Assembly: GCF_006345805.1 (NCBI RefSeq)
Contig: NC_043005.1
Coordinates: 20,398,001 to 20,462,000, forward strand
Length of the DNA: 64,000 bases
Direction of reading: 5' to 3'
Source: Octopus sinensis
Taxonomy: Eukaryota
Both the position numbers and the translations under genes were made by a program. The notes beneath the pieces are model-generated. The model was not told the DNA's origin and did no database searches. It worked only from the letters and a program-made list of their open reading frames with translations. Shown here piece after piece: positions 39,334-52,476 of the stretch (within the stretch, counting starts at the first letter, position 1; each line of letters starts with the position of its first letter).

Positions 39334-40300
39334 CTTTTCTGACAATACATTAAAACCTGTAACAACTAAATTCTTATTGTTTATAGTCTGTCACACTGTT
39401 ATGTTATACAATATTTAACTGCGTAAATACTATATTCATGCACATACACACATGTACACACACACCTAATGCATACACACACAATGCACCCCCCCACACA
39501 CAATGTATATATATATATGTATGTTTCGGCACACCAGCACATTTGGTCAGTTTCCTTTTCTTTCTCACAATCCCAAAATGCATCTCTTGTTAGAGTATGC
39601 ATTAATACTTGGGACGTTATATAATTGTTTATGTAAGTTTTCATTTTTTGAAATATTTCCCTTTTTCTTTTCTTTTACTTTTTGTATAATTTCAGCCAAT
39701 AATGTCATATTTTTAAATATAATTAATTCACTTAATATTGTGCAAGAACTGTATTTTTTCAGAGTACTGAAATGCAATTAAACTTTGATTACTTCATGGC
39801 TATGAGAAACAGAAGTATCTTCAGATACCAGGGTCTGTTTTCCTATATAGTTTTAAGTTTCAAACTCTTAAAGGAGAGAAATGGGGAAATCTGCTCTGAT
39901 TTGCTGGAAGCATTCAAAGCCAATGGAGACAGGTTTTTACCAATCTGGTGATGGGGATGAAATATAGATATATCTTTGCAATCTAGAATTGAAGTTGCAG
40001 TCCATGAAATGAGATCATACCTTTTCCCCGAGGCCTTAGAATTTAAAGAGCCAACAATTAGCACAGAAAGTCAAGGTAACTGTTTTTTGGTATGACAGGA
40101 ATGACTTTTACCTTGATTTTCTGGAACATTCCTGTACTGTAACAGTGAGCAATATAACCATCCACTATTCAGTTAATTAAAAGACAGTTTTCAAAGAGAT
40201 TGATTTGATGACATAGATTGGGAGAAAGTGACTTTCAAGAAGTGGGTACAACAGTACACACCTGAAACATTTCAAAAATGATTCAAGTGTTGGGTTCAGC
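38200..40300 (-). mobile_element. Very old LINE remnant (I/Jockey group?)
   Basis: Only weak motif echoes, but in the right order on the minus strand: LIVGSLN (like GDFN), and KYINTTLLFDFRPAITHINY (like KYLG..LD..LTF..HI). Confidence 0.3.
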
Positions 40301-40538
40301 AATAGTGCAAATACATTGCTTGAGATAGAGATTATGCTAAACAAATAGTTTTGAATGGAGAAAGAATTACTCTACCAACATCTGCAATCTGAATGACTTA
40401 CATCAATTAATAATAATTACACCCATTTTTGCATTACATTTGTTCCAACCCTTGAATTATCTTTAAAGATAAAATTTACAGCTGAAAAATTTTATGGTCT
40501 ATTTATTAAAAAGTTCTCATTATTTTCTGAAATTTCAG

Positions 40539-40568
40539 TCTGTCCTGAATATTGTTTCGCTCAATCAG
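40539..40568 (+). CDS. Candidate 30-nt phase 1-1 micro-exon (xCPEYCFAQS) upstream of PAN exon A
   Basis: aatttcAG acceptor and GTAAGA donor, in frame with exon A. CFA-QS resembles a signal-peptidase site. A chance match is possible. Confidence 0.3.
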
Positions 40569-41833
40569 GTAAGAACATGGTATTTGTTGATATTTTTTTT
40601 ATATCATAATTTGTGAACAATAAGCCTTGTTAATTACAGATTTCAAAAAACTTAATTACTTTTATACTACATTTATGATGATTAGGGTAGCAATAGAGTG
40701 CCACTGGTATTTCAGTTTCTCACTAATAGTTACATTCTTTGTTGATATATATGAACAAAAAATATACACATGTATATGGTGGACAGTTTCCATCCACCAA
40801 ATTCCACTCTCAAGATACTAGTCAACTGAAGCTCAGTATCGAAAACGCTTGTCCAATACGCAGTGCAGCAATATTGAAACCAACAATCCTGTGGTTGTTG
40901 TGCAAATCTCTTGATTACACAGTCATGGCTTCAAATACTTCATTTGATAATTTAAGGATTACCAGCATGCCAGCAATGTTTATTTTTTTACACTAAGCTT
41001 TTCTATGGAGTATATCCATAGGTTTTGAGCTGTCAATGCTCTAGTGAATTAGTTAAATTTACTATATACTTGAGATAGTTGTAAATATGTGTTACCTTTA
41101 TTATATAACCTCACTGTGGACAGTAAAAGAGAGATAGTAAATGACTAATTATTGTACCAAGATATTATGATTAAATAAAATTTCACCCTAGGTGGGTGGT
41201 AACAGTTATTATATCTAACGACTTATTCTGGTCAAAAAATTCGAAGGAGCCATCTTCATAAAAATAATCTCTCTTTTTTTTTCTCATAAAAAGTATCATT
41301 TTTAATAATTAAAATTTCTTAGCTTGCAACATTGTAGATGCTCACATTTACTGTAAATTAATATTAATTCACTAGAAATGATGGAAGTGAAAATGTCTTC
41401 AGTTTCTTGGGAAAAGTATTGCAAAATCAACTAAGTGATAGGTTTTGCCATGACTAGCTATATTCAGTTACATCTGCTTACATTTTGCATTCAAATCCTA
41501 CTTGGATGTATTTTCATTTTCATACTTCTGAGGTTGATTTATTCTGAAATATTCTCACTGCAGAATTATAATTATTCTTGTTGTTAAGGGTGATGAATTC
41601 ACAGAATCATTAGAGCAACAGACAAACTGTTATGGTATTTATTCTGGATCTTTTACTTCTATGTTCAAATCCTGCTGATGTCAGTTTGGTCTTTCTAGAG
41701 AAATAATATACCAGCTAAGTATAGGGTATAATTTAATCAACTAACTCATACCTAAAATTTTTGGCCAGCTATTTATGTTTGAAAACATTGTTGCTGTTAC
41801 TTTTCATTACTCTAAATTTTACTTTTACTCCAG

Positions 41834-42073
41834 ATCAAGTGGGCACTTTTGTGAAAATAAAAAATGCAATTCTGGATGTTACTGAGAAAAAGTTAGCGGA
41901 TGGCTATATAAGAACAGCAGATGCCTGTGCAAAAAAGTGCATGGCAGCTCGAATTTGTTTATCATTTGAAGTAGTAAAAGGAAGAGGAAGATGTTACATA
42001 TCACAGGAAAGTGCAGGAAACACCAGGAAACTAAAAAAAGCCAGAGGAACAGATTACCATCAACGATTACTAC
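41834..42073 (+). CDS. PAN/Apple-domain exon A of an unnamed modular extracellular protein
   Basis: ttttactccAG acceptor and GTAATT donor. 240 nt, phase 1-1, open. Cys spacing C-x3-C-x5-C-x11-C (ACAKKCMAARICLSFEVVKGRGRCYIS) with a DY near the C-terminus, typical of 4-Cys PAN domains. Confidence 0.88.
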
Positions 42074-42368
42074 GTAATTATTCTTTGCATTTTATTATTG
42101 AGTTCTCTTTCTTCTTTTGCCAAAATTTATGATCTTATTGGTACTTCATAATATATATGAAACAACTTCTGTAAAGTCATTGACAGGTTTACCTATAAGG
42201 ACAGACATAGACATCTTTCAGCAAAGAAGCAAAACTAGGAAATGTAAATACTGCTAGGTCATTCTCATACAGCATTTGTTTACCTTGAACACTTTCATGT
42301 ACTTTTCAATTGTTTTACGATGTAAGGAAAGCAACTCTATTTTTCACAAACCTGAATTATATAGCAGC

Positions 42369-42402
<34 letters not shown>

Positions 42403-42732
42403 GCAATAGTAGTAATAGTAGTAGTAATAGCAGCAGCTGCAGCAGCAGCAGTAGTAGTAGTAGTAGTAGTAGTAGTGGACTGAGAGTATTTAGGGCCCTC
42501 GAGCATAACTGTTCACCGGGCCCCTTAACATTGATTTAGTAGAGTTAACATGTAGAGTGGATGTCCCTCAGAACTCCAGGCCTTTGGGCAGTGCCTGATT
42601 GACCGATGGCTCTGTCCACCCCTGCCTTCAAGCCTATGCACAAGTAAAAGTCCACATTACTGTTCTGTTTTATTTGGAGATGTCAGGCATAGGGAAATGA
42701 TCTGCACTGCATAACGTAAAGTTTACACAACA

Positions 42733-42793
<61 letters not shown>

Positions 42794-42977
42794 GCACACA
42801 TATATACGATGGGCTTCTTTCAGTTTCCGTCTACCAAATCCACTCACAAGGCTTTGGTCGGCCCGAGGCTATAGTAGAAGACACTTGCTCAATGCCACAC
42901 AGTGAGACTGAACCTGAAACCATGTGGTTCGTAAGCAAGCTACTTACCACACAGCCACACACACACACACACACATA

Positions 42978-43560
42978 CAGGGTGTGATGAATAAACTGGT
43001 GTCTAAATTATGCAAAAATGAAAATAACACTGACATCTATTTTGACAGATATATTTTACCAAAATTACATAAAAATATCTTGAAATTCTAAAAAGTAAAT
43101 TTATTCAATAAAATTGCCTTCAACTACTCCCTCCAGACAACTTTGGAATATCCTGCATCTTTTCTGGATGGTATCCTTGTTTAAGTTGGTGAAGGCTGCC
43201 ATAATCCTTATGTTCAGTTCATCTTTGGTGTTACAAGGAGTTTTGTTGGTCTCTTGCTCAACTGCACCCCACACATAATAACCAAGGGGGTTGCAGACTG
43301 GGCAGTTAGGTGGCCAGATGTTAGTAGTGATGTGGTCACAGAAATTGTCTGACCTGCTTGTGTGGCATAGAACAGAGTCCTGTTACCAGACATAGGGTCT
43401 TCCACCAGGCATGTGATGTACCTCTGCCAGGCATTTGATGTAGGCCTCTGCATTAAGTGTGAGGCCATGGGGGAAGATGAATGGAGGCATAACGTCACCA
43501 TTGCTAGAGATCACTCCAAACACCATGATGTTGACTGGATGTTTGATTTTTATCACTGTT
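42978..43560 (-). mobile_element. maT/DD37D-like Tc1/mariner 3' half
   Basis: The terminus TA|cagggtgtgatgaataaa. Minus-strand frame gives GRPYVW*QDS...IWPPNCPVCNPLGYYVWGAVEQETNK. The other end was not identified. Confidence 0.75.
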
Positions 43561-43897
43561 GGTACATGTCCTTAGATTGACACCCAAACACTCTGAAATG
43601 TTCGTATTGGGGCTTCCAGCACGAATATTAAGTAGTACAGCATATTGTTTCCAAATTTCTAGCAGAGTGAATTATGTCATGGTGCTGTTTTTCTCACAAA
43701 CGGTGCCCAACTGACCCTACTATACTGTGTAGTCAACAAAATCAAAAACAAACAATGCACATGTTCGAAATTAAAAATATAAAATGGCGACAATTTACCC
43801 ATCTAACCCTCTGCGTGTGTGTGTGTGTGTGCACGCGTGCATGTGCATGCATGTGTGTTAATAAAATCCCACATAAATCATGGTACGACATTAAAAT

Positions 43898-43955
<58 letters not shown>

Positions 43956-44329
43956 TGTTTATTGTATTCTAGATTTCATCTGAGTTAGTGCTACATACTA
44001 ATTTATAAGCCCTTTTGCAATATCTGAAAATATTTATTATTATTATGAATGCTGCAAAAGACCAGTTTTAGCTATTGAATGTGCTGAGCCATTGTGTAGT
44101 GCCTAAATTACCAGGATTTGATCTGCTATATGAACTATACTTCCACATACCAAACATCTTCACTCCTGTCTTGGCATTTATGCTATCTACTTCAGCTGGC
44201 AGTAGACTAGAACCATCCCTGGGGAGTGATGAGGCTGCTGAAAATGGATCCAAAGAAGGGGAGCATGACAGAAAATTTCAGTCCTACAACTCTGTTCAAA
44301 ACAGAGTTATAGATCTTGGCAATGCAGCA

Positions 44330-44760
44330 TACTCACCAAGAAGTTGGTGTTTGTCAATGGCACTGTTTAGCATTGAACACTTTGTCTATCAAAGTCATCT
44401 GTTCTGTTGGTCAATCATTATAGAAGGCTTAATAGTTTTGTTATATATTAGGTTTGAATCTAAAATTTTAATAACTGTGATGACCTCTTTTTCTTTTGGG
44501 CATTCCTTATTCTTGATAGTTCTACATGTAATTCAGTATATTTTGAGATCTTATCTATTTCTTTGTCTGCAATGTTTCTGTCAGAAGGATTTGTGATGTC
44601 CATTTTAAGGCATTGCTTTTTTATATTTGATGTCATGTATGATAATATCTAGTTTACATGGTTCAGTTATTCTACCATGATGAATGTCAAACTCCATAGA
44701 ATTTTTGGTTTAAATGATCAATTTATAGTCCTTACTGCTACAGAATTATACTAACCCACC
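44330..44760 (-). mobile_element. Dong/R4 restriction-like endonuclease fragment
   Basis: KILW...MDITNPSDRNIADKEIDKISKYTELHVELSRI, matching the PD..D...KE.EK..KY..L..EL pattern. Confidence 0.7.
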
Positions 44761-44959
44761 TGAAGCTTTATACACAGATTTTTACAAAGTGACCAGTGCA
44801 AACTGAGACAAAGATCATCATGCCACTATTTGTATTCTTTCTGAGCAAACATTTTACAACTTGCTACAATATGTTCATTATTTTCCACCAGCTCATTATA
44901 TAGGTGTTATTTACTTGTAGTGGTGCAATGCATATTTGTATTTATAAGTATTTAGTTTT

Positions 44960-45316
44960 TTACTATGTGTAGCAGCCTCGCACACCTGTTCAGTGTTTTC
45001 CCACTAGCTGACAGATACCAAATGGATTTTCCAAATTTGCCAATGTGGACATGGGCAAACTACATTGGATCATCTAGATTGTATCTTGATAAAGTATTCT
45101 GTAGGCCAGTAGATACCGGTAATATAGGCTGTTCACAATTCAAAGTTGTTGGTTACACAAACCTCGAATTTGTGATCTGTACAATTTACTTGGTTAGGCT
45201 GCATACACAAGGACCCATTTATTGTTCCTGTCTATGACTGTGTCTTTCCCAGTGTACCAAGTTTATGGAAGTAGGATTAGAGAACAAGTTAAAGGGGAAA
45301 TCATTAACAACCAATG

Positions 45317-45385
<69 letters not shown>

Positions 45386-45830
45386 TAGTACTTACAAAAG
45401 ACATTGCAATAGATAAGCTGGCAGCAAGATTGGCCCCTGACAAAATCTTCACTACTAAGTATTATAGCTGCATTGGCAGATGTAGGGTGCATGCTCTTAG
45501 ATATGAGAAAATGAAAGTCATTTGATGGGCCCAGGTAGCAGAGGTGCACTCTGGCAACAAAGCTGGAATTTGGTTTCCATTGATCAGGAAAAGCATATAC
45601 TACATGATTCCAAGCAAATGTGTACAGCTTTTCAGAGGCATTTTGCTTAACAGTTAGGAGAGGATGGTGGCTTTTTACTATCAACCTTGATGACCTTCTG
45701 CAGTTCTCAACTATGGATGCAATATTCTTCAAATGCATGATAACAACTGACAGGATACAGGAAGTGATGGCTGGCTGCATGAAAAAGAAGTCACTAGGGC
45801 TTGATGGTCTTCCACAAGGACTTAAACTTC
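44960..45830 (+). mobile_element. Older Tx1/L1-clade fragments interrupted by (GA)n
   Basis: DRYQMDFPNLPMWTWAN...YLDKV parallels the 13.5-kb element. KKSLGLDGLP also present. Confidence 0.65.
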
Positions 45831-45965
45831 ATATTCCGCCAGGGTTGACTTAGCTTTTCATCCTTTTGGGGTTGATAAAATAAGTACCAGCTGAGTACAG
45901 GGGTCAATGTAATTGACTTATCCCCTCCCCACAAAATTTCTGGCTTTATACCTATAGCAGAAAGG

Positions 45966-46016
<51 letters not shown>

Positions 46017-46019
46017 GAT

Positions 46020-46585
46020 ATTATTAAGTGTGAGAACAGCACATGCCATCAAAGTGACACTGGGGTACAAATATACAAAAACCCAATCATGACTATCCAT
46101 CTGATAAGAGTAAACCAAGCTCATGCATCACAACTATATGTGTGCTACATGGTGATCTCATACCAAGATAAACAGTGCATGACCTTTCATGAAGCATCCA
46201 GTTAGAATTTTCCTCAGGTCAAGTCACCCATCCCACTCAAAAGGTTCCTGAATAATGTTTGTTTAAAGATGATGAATGAAACACCGTTGTTTCCAGAGGT
46301 GAATTATTAAAACTCCAAAGAATTCCTCTCAACACATGGCTATGGTGCTCGACAACTACTTCTGGTCATGAGCAGAGATGCACATATCGTCAGCCACCAA
46401 GGGACATGCTCAACTGGTTAAGATAAAACAACTGACAAGCAAATCTGTGGTATTGAGCAGAATATTTGCTGTAGCCCGTCTTTTACATGAAGACAAAGGC
46501 ATGTATGTGATCACACTTTGAATCAGTTAAGATCAAATGCCATGAGTGCCAGTGCCTGGTGCTGCATCAGGGCATTATTATTATT
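46020..46585 (-). mobile_element. About 560-bp element flanked by (ATT)n on both sides; second copy from 63545 to the window end
   Basis: The two copies are colinear and highly similar. No ORF. Orientation is inferred from the (AAT)n tail on the minus strand. Confidence 0.75.
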
Positions 46586-47513
46586 AAGGCTGACAAACTG
46601 ACAGAATCATTAATGCATTCAGACAAAATGCTGAGGGACATTTCTTGCAACTTGAGATCAACTTTGCATATAAAATAAGGTATTGGCCAAACACTGGGAC
46701 TGATGTCACTGACTTACACCCTCCCCTCATAATTGCTGGCCTTGTGCCAAAATTTGAAACCATAAGGCTGTGAGCTGATAGAATTGTTAGCATACTGGAC
46801 AAATTGCTTTGTTGCATTTCCAGTTTTACGTTCTGAGTTAAAATGCTGCCAAGATCAGTTTTGCTTTTCATTGTTTTGGGGTCAATAGAATAAGTACCAG
46901 TTGAGAATTGGGGTCAATGCAGTTGACTAATCTCCCTCCCCACAAAATTTCAGGTCTAGTGCCTACAGAAGAAAGGATTATTGTTATTTTATAAGTATTT
47001 TTAAAATTTAGATTATTATGTCTTAACATCATGTAATTGAAATTTTGAATGAAATATTAGAAAGCAATTTGGTGCATTATTTTTTAAATGGACAAGTTAT
47101 TATACTTACTTTTCAGTGTAAGACATCTTCTCAGAACTTATGTGAATTCTAGTACATCGTGAAACATACTCAAAACCTCACCTCAGTGTTTTAGGTTGTA
47201 GATAATCCATGTATATATCCCTTCCTGATGGTACGATTTTATTTGAGGCTGAATGGCCATAATGACATTTAACATATTAGTTGACAATCTCTTTAAAATA
47301 GTTTTGACCCTAGAAAAACACACTATCAGAAGAAGGATGTAACAATGGATTATCTGCAATGTAAATACTCTCAAGATGCACTAGAACTCACATGAGTTTT
47401 CCATTAAAAAAATTATACACCACATGCACCACATTTAATGCATGTGTGTAACATTTTGCATGTGTGAGTGAGAGTATCACATGCATTTCATGTTTTCTTT
47501 TTTCTTTTTCCAG

Positions 47514-47747
47514 CCTATGATGATATTTATGTATTTAAAGGAGCTAGCATAGCTTATCAGAATAATTTGAAGCATGCTAAGCCAGTGACCTTAACGAAAT
47601 GTATAGAACTTTGCCATCAAGATAAAAGATGTACTTCTTTTGAGTATAGTAAAAAAGTTCAGTCCTGTGATATGAGTAATGTGACTCACTTGACTCATGA
47701 ACTTTCATTAGACAATGGAGACTGGAATATTTATATACTTAATCCAG
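47514..47747 (+). CDS. PAN/Apple-domain exon B
   Basis: Long polypyrimidine tract plus CAG acceptor, and GTCAGT donor. 234 nt, phase 1-1. Translates TLTKCIELCHQDKRCTSFEYSKKVQSCDMS...WNIY. Confidence 0.88.
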
Positions 47748-49089
47748 GTCAGTAGAGTGTTTTCATTCTTTTTATTGTATGCATGCAAGCTTGTACATAA
47801 GTGTCTGTGTATATTTATATATACATATATCTTTTATCGTCATCGTCGTCATCGTCATCTTCGTCGTCATCATCATCATTCAACATCCATTTTCCTTGCT
47901 GGTATTGGTTGAGAGCTGACAGGATATGGTGAGCCACAAGGTTGTACCAAGTTTCAGAGTCAGCTTTCTACACCTGGATTCCTAATGCCAACCACATTAC
48001 AGTGTGTACGGGTTGCTTTTTGCATGCCACCAGCTTGCCAGACAGAAAAGGAACGTGGAAAAGGGAGGGGAGAAAAGCTTTTACTAAGGGTTGGGAGAGA
48101 ATCTGAGAGTAAGTGGTAGCTTTATGCCAAGTGTTTGAAGGGTTAAAGACTGACAGAGGGCCAAGCACAGGTATCTTGTTATAGAGGAGATATATGGCTA
48201 CACACATTATATAGGGGTGGGTGGGAGTAGTTGTGAAAGAGATAAAAGAAAGTAGTGATGGTGTGCCAGAACAAGGTACAAGAAGATGAGCATGAGGGAA
48301 TATATACAGTGGATCATAGAAGGAGAGGAGAGAGGGGATATTTTCATAAAAGTGTGAGGAGAGAGTGACAGGTGGTTAGTGACAGGCGGCGAGCTAGCAG
48401 AAACATTAGCATGCAGGGTGAAATGCGTAGCCGTATTTCGTCTGCCATTATGTTCTGAGTTCAAATTCCACCGAGGTTGACTTTACCTTTCATCCTTTCG
48501 GGGTCGATAAATTAAGTACCAGTTACGCACTGGGGTCGATATAATCGACTTAATCCGTTTGTCCTCTCTGTGTTTAGCCCCTTGTGGATAGTAAACAAAT
48601 AGGTAGTTAGAGAGGAGGAGTGACAGGTAGAGATGAATTTAGTAAGGGATGAACAAAAGTGGAGTGTGGTTTATGGGCAATGTGGTTTATGATGAAATGT
48701 TAGGTGGGAGAGATAGAAGTGGCTTAAGAGAGCTAGATCAGAGGGTAGGAGGATAATGTGCAAAGTCAACAAGTGTTGAGGGGGTTAACGAAAATAAAGA
48801 CCATGATAGAATAGATAATAAACTAGTTACCATAATGTATTTCTTTACTACCCACAAGGGGCTAAACACAGACGGGACAAACAAGGACAGACAAACAGAT
48901 TAAGACGATTACATCGACCCCAGTGCGTAACTGGTACTTAATTTATTGACCCCGAAAGGATGAAAGGCAAAGTCGACCTCGGCGGAATTCGAACTCAGAA
49001 ACGTAACCAAAATGATAACAACCATGAACATCGAGCTGAACATGTAAATAGTGGAAGGGAGGCAACAAATATGATACTTAACTTAGGTG

Positions 49090-49380
49090 AACCAAATGTG
49101 ATAAACCTTGGACAGGATAATATGCAAACTCATAAGTATTGCCTATTTGTAAACTGTAGTAGATTTTTAGATAAAAATATGGAGCGGGTATCTAATTCTC
49201 ATCCTATTAGTAAAGGTAGTGCTAGTATCAATAAAATCTTTGTAGTCGTATCAAGAAAGTCTGCTCTCTTAATGCACAATGATGAAAAATATTGTGTACA
49301 GGAGTTGGGTTATGTCAGGTTGAATTTCACACTTTTATATTGGGATGTGCTCAACTATCTTCAAGGTGATCTTAGCTAAT
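49090..49380 (-). mobile_element. Possible Penelope RT remnant
   Basis: Frame-hopping echoes of HPNIK, DFLDTT and NRQYL. Confidence 0.35.
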
Positions 49381-49510
49381 CATCTAATTTTCTTCAAGGA
49401 TTGAGAGAAAATGCATAGCACAAGCCTAAGTGGGTATATTTGGTTCCTAAAGGATAAAAACACTAATTTTGATATAAAATAGAAAATTATAGGTGGGCAG
49501 AGCCTTACAT

Positions 49511-49549
<39 letters not shown>

Positions 49550-50141
49550 TAGCCTTTAATGTCTGTTTTCCATACTGGCATGGGTTGCATGGTTTGGCCA
49601 GAGCTGGAAAGCCAGAGAGCTGCACAGGTTCAAGTTTGATTTGGCTTGGTTTCTATGGTTGGGTGTCTTTCCTAATGCCAACCACTTTACAGTGTAGACT
49701 GGGTACTTTCAACATACCACTAGTATGAGTGTCTTTATGTGGCACTGGCATGAGTACATTTTTAGGGGTACAGGCAAATTGGTGGTAAGAAATGCAATTT
49801 ATTCCAAGAAGAAATATTCCATATTTTCATGTCCAAATACCAGTCATTAAATAGTAAACAAGAATTATCCTAAACTGTGTGCACCTTCAGAGAAGAATAT
49901 TCAAATATTTCCCAAGAAAAGATTTTTAATTATGGAAATACCACAAAAATTGGAGATGCTAGAGTTTACATGATAAATATTAGTGTAATATTTAGTTTGC
50001 CTATATCCTAGAAGTAACTCTTCTCCAAATAATTAGTATTTTCACATGCAGAACTTCACATATGAAACATTTTTATTCTATATTCAAATCTAAGTGGATG
50101 TTATCTACACATATATATATATATATATATATGTATGTACG

Positions 50142-50178
<37 letters not shown>

Positions 50179-50182
<4 letters not shown>

Positions 50183-50667
50183 CTGTTGAAACAGCTAAGA
50201 CTCTACTCCCTGGCGAGAAGACGGGAGAGGTATGCAGTAATATATGTCTGGAAGATCCTGGAAGAAATTGTGCCAAATTTTGGCATTGTAAGCTACACCA
50301 ATGCTAGAACGGGACGACACTGCATAGTGCCAAAGATCCCAGCAATGCCATCACGCTTCAGGACCAGCTTCTGCAACAGCCTGGGTTTCAAGGGCCCACA
50401 GCTTTTTAATTTTCTCCCAAAGAGTCTGAGGAACTTGCACAAAGTAGATGTAGTGGTTTTTAAATCAAAGCTGGACATCTTCCTGTCAAAAGTCCCAGAT
50501 GAACCTACCTCACGGCAAGAGGTGCAAATGAGAGTAGCTATATCAAACTCCATTCTTCACCAAGTGCCACATATTAGACGAGGTTCTTCGTAATAATAGT
50601 GTAGCACAAAACGGCGATGCATCAGCATGGCCGCAGCTCTGAGCTGAAACTAGAGAGAAAAAAAAAA

Positions 50668-50668
<1 letters not shown>
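50179..50668 (+). mobile_element. CR1-group LINE 3' end with a short poly-A tail
   Basis: LYSLARRRERYAVIYVWKIL...GPQLFNFLPKSLRN...FKSKLDIFLSKVPDEP. A-tail at about 50657-50668. (TA)n on both sides. Confidence 0.85.
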
Positions 50669-50807
<139 letters not shown>

Positions 50808-51500
50808 ACGAGGACAGGCGAGGTCCCTCCTGAACCTCATCAACACTCTGTACATGGAGCAAGTAATACTCCAACTAACCAGGGCAGGTAACATACTGGA
50901 TCTCTGCTTCACAAATAATATGGATCTCATCCATAATGTGAAAGTGACACCGACACTACTCTCGGATCACAACATGGTAGAGCTGACCATGTATGGGCCA
51001 AGGAAAAGCATGGACATGCAGCCTACAAGAAACTCTCAGAATCTTTCCAGTTTGAACTTCCATAAGGCAAACTGGAAACAAATTGAGAAAGAGATCCTCA
51101 AACAAAACTGGCCTGAATGTCTCTCCTCACCAGACATTGACATGAAACTTCAACAATTCATGTCTGTAATGCAAGCCATATGCTACAAATGTGTCCCAGA
51201 GAGAAAGGCCACTGTACACAAGAGCAAAATCCCCAGAGAGAGGAAAATTCTAATGAGACGGCGTACAAAAGTTTCAAATCGCCTAAACAAATAAATTGAA
51301 AGCAGTGAAAAGTCCTGCTTGAAAATAAAACTGTTGGAAATTGAAAAATGTCTGCAACTCTCCCATGAAAAAGAAAGAGCAGACAAAGAAGCCTGGGCTA
51401 TAGACAACATAAATCTAAACCCAGAGCTTTCTACAGGTATGCCAAAGAAACAGCTACGGTGCACTGTAGGATATGGCCACTCCTTGAAGAGGACTTCAGC
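50808..51500 (+). mobile_element. CR1-group LINE fragment (endonuclease end and linker)
   Basis: [14 protein letters not shown]...SDHNMV...LNFHKANW and NPRAFYRYAK. Confidence 0.8.
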
Positions 51501-52391
51501 TTCTTTCGCACCGCCTAACATGATGGTGTTGCATCAATTGGTCTCACTTCTCAAAAACAAACTGAAAAAAGGGTGTGACAATCATGAGTTGTCGATGAAA
51601 AGTAGGCCTCCCTTTGCAAATATATATCCTTTTTCCAGTGACGAAAAGTCACTGATATCGAAAAAGTGTAAACAAGCAATAATAAATCTCTGAGCAAGGT
51701 ATAAACAGTAGCTGCAACACATCGTGAAGTATATTTGCCACTTAAATGTGGCTAAACCCTAAGAGTGGATGCTAATGTAGCTTGTAGCCCCAGGAGGACA
51801 CCTCCTCCAGCTGGCTATTGACACACTTTCACATGGACTCATATAGATAACCCCTCGATTTCCAAAAAAAATTTTTGCTATATTTCACCCCAATAGTCAA
51901 AAAGATTTTCTTATATCCCCAATTACTACTATCCATTCTTGCGTTGCCTCTCACCTCGCCCGATTCTTTCTCCCTTTCACTATCTACTTGCCTTTCTCTA
52001 CAGTAAACATAATCGAACACACGGACACAGACCTCTCACCTCACAGCTGTCAGTTTTCTGACATCTACCCATCCACAAACAATCACGCATTCAGACACAC
52101 ACATACACACATTAAGACAGTTATGTGCAGTCACACACACAGGCACTCATTCATAAAGAAATCATTTAAACCCACCATTCTTTTGACCTGCACTCTCTCA
52201 CCTTACTATTCTTATGCCTCCCTCCTCCTACTTCGTTTGAACCCTTGAACCTTTAGAACCTTCTAGATTCTTCTGCATTCAGCCACTCTGACGTCACTCC
52301 TTATAAAGAGACACTCATTATCGCCATGGGCTCCTTGAGAGCGGTCAGCTAAAAGTTTTTTGTGCATTTTGATGTCGACATAAGTTCCTTG

Positions 52392-52476
52392 ATTTTCCTG
52401 ATGAGAAATCTGCATAATGTACTCCTTATTCCTTTAGAATTAGGAATATGCAGCCTTCGAAACATATGTCAAGAAT
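52392..52476 (+). ncRNA. Type I hammerhead ribozyme motif (minimal, Penelope/retrozyme-like)
   Basis: CTGATGA (52398-52404); stem II gaa/ttc extended by ctgcata/tatgcag; GAAA (52459-52462); palindromic helix III ACATATGT; GUC cleavage triplet ending at 52470; weak stem I atttt/aagaat with a mismatch next to the core. Confidence 0.75.

Noticed and set aside
42276-42539. Poly-Ser ORF just downstream of PAN exon A
   Set aside because: It is an (AGC/AGT)n microsatellite with no convincing splice sites framing it, and exon A already has a good donor at 42074.
44075-44596. 173-aa + strand ORF
   Set aside because: It is largely antisense to a Dong/R4 endonuclease remnant and has no recognisable domain.
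48960-49379. 139-aa + strand ORF
   Set aside because: It starts inside an S1 SINE and is antisense to a probable Penelope RT remnant.
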